64,000 nucleotides of DNA from Octopus bimaculoides (lineage: Eukaryota), in assembly GCF_001194135.2 (NCBI RefSeq), contig NC_068987.1, forward strand, positions 22,060,656-22,124,655. The letters are read 5' to 3'. A program made the translations under genes and the position numbers. The notes under the pieces were generated by a model. It made no database searches, had not been told where the DNA came from, and saw only the letters and a list, made by a program, of their open reading frames with translations. Position 1 is the first letter of the stretch. The number at the start of each line of letters is the position of its first letter. Of this stretch, positions 60,382-64,000 are shown piece after piece.

Positions 60382-61198
60382 ATTTCTCCTTCACATCTTT
60401 CAAATTTTTTTTCCTTCTCTCTTTTTCTGCCTCTCATATTCACCTATTCACTGACAGTATTTGTTGCATTTTTTTGTTGTAATGAGTTGCAGGGGTGTGT
60501 TTGAAGGGGTCAAGTTTACTGTTGCAATTTTCTGCACCTTTTTCTCTTTCATCCCATTCCATTATTTTTCTTTCGTTTCACTACATTGAGCTGTCCTTGT
60601 TTGACGGATTAGGGGAAAATAGTACCTTGCTTTGAAACCGTTGTAGGTTGGTGACAAGAGGTGCATCTAGCCATAGAAACTTTGCCCCCAACAAAATTAA
60701 TCTTTTCCAATGCTAGCATGGAAAAGTGGACATTAAAACGACGATAATGACGACAATCTTAAATATTCCTTTCTACTAATGGCACAAGGCCTGGTCTTTT
60801 GATGGGAGGGGACTAGTCGATTACATCGACCCCAGTGTTTCACTGGTACTTAATTTATCAACCCTGAAAGGATGAAAGGCAAAGTTGACCTCAGCAAATT
60901 TTGAACCCAGAACGTGTAGAGAGACAATATACTGCTAAGCATTTTGCCCCTTGTGCTAACAATTCTGCTACCTTACTGCTCTTTCTTTCTTATTTCTCTT
61001 TCACATCTTCCAAATTTTTTTTCCTTCTCTCTCTTTCTGCCTCCCATATTCACCTACTCACTGACAGTATTTTGTTGCATTTTTTTTTGCTGTGATGGGG
61101 TTGCAGGGGTGTGTTTAAAGGGGGTCAAGTTTACTTTTGCAATTTTCTGCACCTTTTCGTGTTACATCCCATTCCATTATTTTTCTTTCATTCACTAC
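60382..61198 (+). repeat. About 205-bp direct duplication (60382-60584 and 60992-61198)
   Basis: About 90 percent identical by eye; intervening DNA is a SINE H 3' part and a minus-strand SINE E (60757-60975). Confidence 0.9.
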
Positions 61199-61359
61199 GG
61201 CACTTTCATCATTTGATTCTTCTTTCTCTTTCATTCCTTCATTCTTTCACCTGACCCCCACCCACCAGTTTCACTCTTCCATTTCTTCCTCATTCCCTTT
61301 CTTTCTTTCTCTTCTCCTTTACAATCTCTTCATTAATCCATTTTTTCCTGTCTTCTCTT

Positions 61360-61850
61360 CCCTCCACTCCAGTTGTCCTTGTTCACTCCACTCACCCTTC
61401 TTTCACTCAGCTCACACTCTCTATCTCTCTTCTCACACTCATCGGCCCTCATTCATTCACACTCGATCACTCCACTTACCTCAGTTCTCTTCACTCACCC
61501 TCAATCACTCCACTCACCTTCGATCACTCTGCTTGCCCTCGACCACTCCCCCCCCTCAATCACTCCACTCTTGTTCATTCTACTCTCTCCACACCACTTG
61601 TACTTGATCACTCCACTAACCCCAGTTTTCTGCATCTGCCCTTGATCACTATACTCACCCTCTTTCACTCCACTCACTCTTGTCCATTCCAGTCTTGCTC
61701 ACACCTCCTGTCCCCAATCACTCAACGTACCCTTGGTCACTCAACTCACTCTTGTTCCTCCCACTTACACTCACTGACCCCCACCTTCGATTATTCTTTT
61801 GCCCTCTTTAACTCCACTCACTTTATCCACACTGTCAAACAGGCATAGAC
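61360..61850. repeat. Degenerate about 19-20-bp cactc-rich minisatellite
   Basis: Recurrent (ccttg)atcactccactca. Confidence 0.65.
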
Positions 61851-62039
61851 AGCACCCTTTTCCCTAATGCAGGTCGCATGAGACATGGTTCATTATCAAG
61901 CAAGCTACACAACTGAAAAAGAAAGGTAATTTTACGTTAGGCGTTCATGTGGCCCGTGGGCCACAGGTTACCCATAACTGCTGTAAAAAAAAAAAAAAAG
62001 AAACCTTGCCCTGATATCCTTTCCCCCTAATCTTCCTTT

Positions 62040-62343
62040 TTTACAATGGACACCAACTTTCTCTTCCACCTCCGACAGCAGCGCGAGGGAGCCACTACAT
62101 TGTTGCTCGACTTTGCTAGAAATAGCAGTTCCCTCTACCTCAAATTACATCCTGCCATCTTAAATAATAATAATAATAAGCGTTGAATGGTGCAGAGCAG
62201 ACATGGGAAACATTTCTCGAGAAATGGGCCGCATGAAACATTGTTTGTCATCAGGCGGGCCGTACTACTAAAAATTTCAAAGTAATTTTTCGCTAGCGCG
62301 CCATTCAGAAGATCTCGTTTGCTTATGACTGATGTAGAACTTG

Positions 62344-62374
<31 letters not shown>

Positions 62375-63075
62375 TATATAAAAGGCATGTGATGGTCACG
62401 GTTGGTATATCGATCATCGCAGGTCTGTGCGATCAGGATTGCCTGGTGCTACACAACAGTGGTTTCAACAAGTAACGACGCGGGCCAACGAGGCAGCCAC
62501 TGCGTGGTCGATCGACTTTCGAGAAATAATAACTAAATCTCCCTCTATTATTAGAAAATGAAGTGTCATTAGATAAGGTAGTTGTCGATACACTATGTCT
62601 GAATTTAAAAGACGAGAATATCGTTGATTGTAGAGGTCTACTCAGTCAGGTTTGACCTGGGGTTAAACAATACTAACAAGGTGGGCCGACGGAGGATTAA
62701 TCAACACGGGATGATATAGCTTGGGATACATAGTGTTTTTTTTTTGGGGGGGGGGGGAACGATATAGTCATGACTGGAACGCTTTTTGAGCAAAGTAGAA
62801 CTGATCAACAACACAAACTGACGAAAACAGTCTCTTACGTGCAGCTCTAGCTGCTAAAAATAGCAACCAAAAATCACATTCGATTTTGTCTTTAAAGGAA
62901 AAGGAAACGTTACATGGTATACATTGTGTTAGATGCACTGTCTGAATAGAAGGTAAGAGGCAGGATGGCTATGGGAGGAATGTCTTCGACCACTACGTTT
63001 ACTCGGACAGGCCTCAGTTCGGTGCGGGGAGTTTCTGTGATTGTAGAAGGACCGAAGAATGCAACATTTTCGGGT
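62040..63075. promoter_or_regulatory. Locally CpG-rich region (possible promoter / unmethylated domain)
   Basis: About 44 CpG by manual count in about 1.03 kb versus about 9 in bases 1-1000. Confidence 0.4.
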
Positions 63076-63469
63076 GATGTCATTTGTCTGAGAGTTAGAG
63101 AGAGAGAGAGAGAGATGAGTAATTGACCGAGGGTTAAATAACAACAATAAAACTTAACATGAAAATAAACATGACCATGTGTTTAAAAGGAAAAGGAAAA
63201 AAAAAATATATACATTCGTTGTATCTGACCTGTTAAGTTGTTAGTCTCTTGTTTTTGCTTTTTTTTATTATTATTATTATTATTACTATTCTTTGGTTTT
63301 CCTTTGCGTTTCTCAATCAATCCTTCGATCTGGGCATCAATCCATCCATTGATCAAATGATCGATCCATTGAATCAGTCAGTAAGTAAACCCACCAGCCG
63401 TAAATCACAAACTCAGGTAAACGGTAAACCATCCATCTATCCAGTGATGTTGTTTTTCTTCGTACTGCC

Positions 63470-64000
63470 TTGTCAGTGCTCTCCCCCTCTCTCTCTGTCA
63501 CTTTCTGTAGATTTCTTTCCTTCTGTCTTCCCTTCGTCACTTTCTCTCTCTCTCTCTCTCCCTCTCTCATTACATCTTTTCCCTCTCTGTCTCTTTTTGT
63601 TTCCTTTCCTTTTGTCTTTTCCCCTTTACCCCTCCCTCTTTCTCTGTCTCTGTCTTTTCCCTGTTTTCCTCTCCCTCTCCCTAATCCTCTCTTTGCCTGT
63701 CTCGCCCCATCCCTCTGTCTCTTTTTTCCCCCCTTTCTGTATTTGACTCTCCCTCTATTTTTCTCTGTACCTCTGTCTTTCTATCTTTTTCTTTCTCTAT
63801 CTTCTCCCTGTGTATCTTTCTCTTCGTCTCTCTCTGTGTAGCTTTCTATCCTTCTCTGTCTCTGTCCCTCCGTTTTCTTTCGTCCCTATCTTTCTTCTCT
63901 TACAGGTTTCCTTCCTCTCTGTCTCTTTCACTTCGTCTCTCTCTCTCTCTCTCTCTCTCTCTCCTGTGTCTGCCGTGTTTTCTCTGTCGTCTCTAGTCCA
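63470..64000. repeat. CT-rich low-complexity tract
   Basis: Polypyrimidine mosaic to the window end. Confidence 0.9.

Overview
AT-rich eukaryotic genomic DNA dominated by microsatellites, 12 N-gaps (about 4.9 kb) and decayed transposable elements. The repeat repertoire and style suggest an octopus/coleoid cephalopod genome (inference from memory, no search run). No rRNA, genuine tRNA or CRISPR features are supported, and almost all ORFs in the supplied track are microsatellite, gap or repeat artefacts. Main result: manual splice-site reading recovers a phase-compatible chain of small minus-strand exons (48857-48900, 42136-42159, 28657-28827, 26257-26445, 23484-23529, 14897-14954, possibly 13902-13957). 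They spell one continuous peptide (...[48 protein letters not shown]...) that I cannot assign to a family. Most of the window would then be intronic to an unidentified gene, with a CpG-rich region at about 62-63 kb on its 5' side. The rest comprises several tRNA-headed SINE families built from shared modules (labels A, B, D, E, H are mine), RTE, CR1 and Penelope remnants, two decayed mariners, and Tigger-, hAT-, piggyBac- and Kolobok-like MITEs. There is also a 150-bp palindromic MITE carrying head-to-head telomeric repeats, a 94-bp-arm foldback, several minisatellites and RFX X-box-like motifs. Repeat boundaries are approximate unless TSDs or TIRs are quoted.
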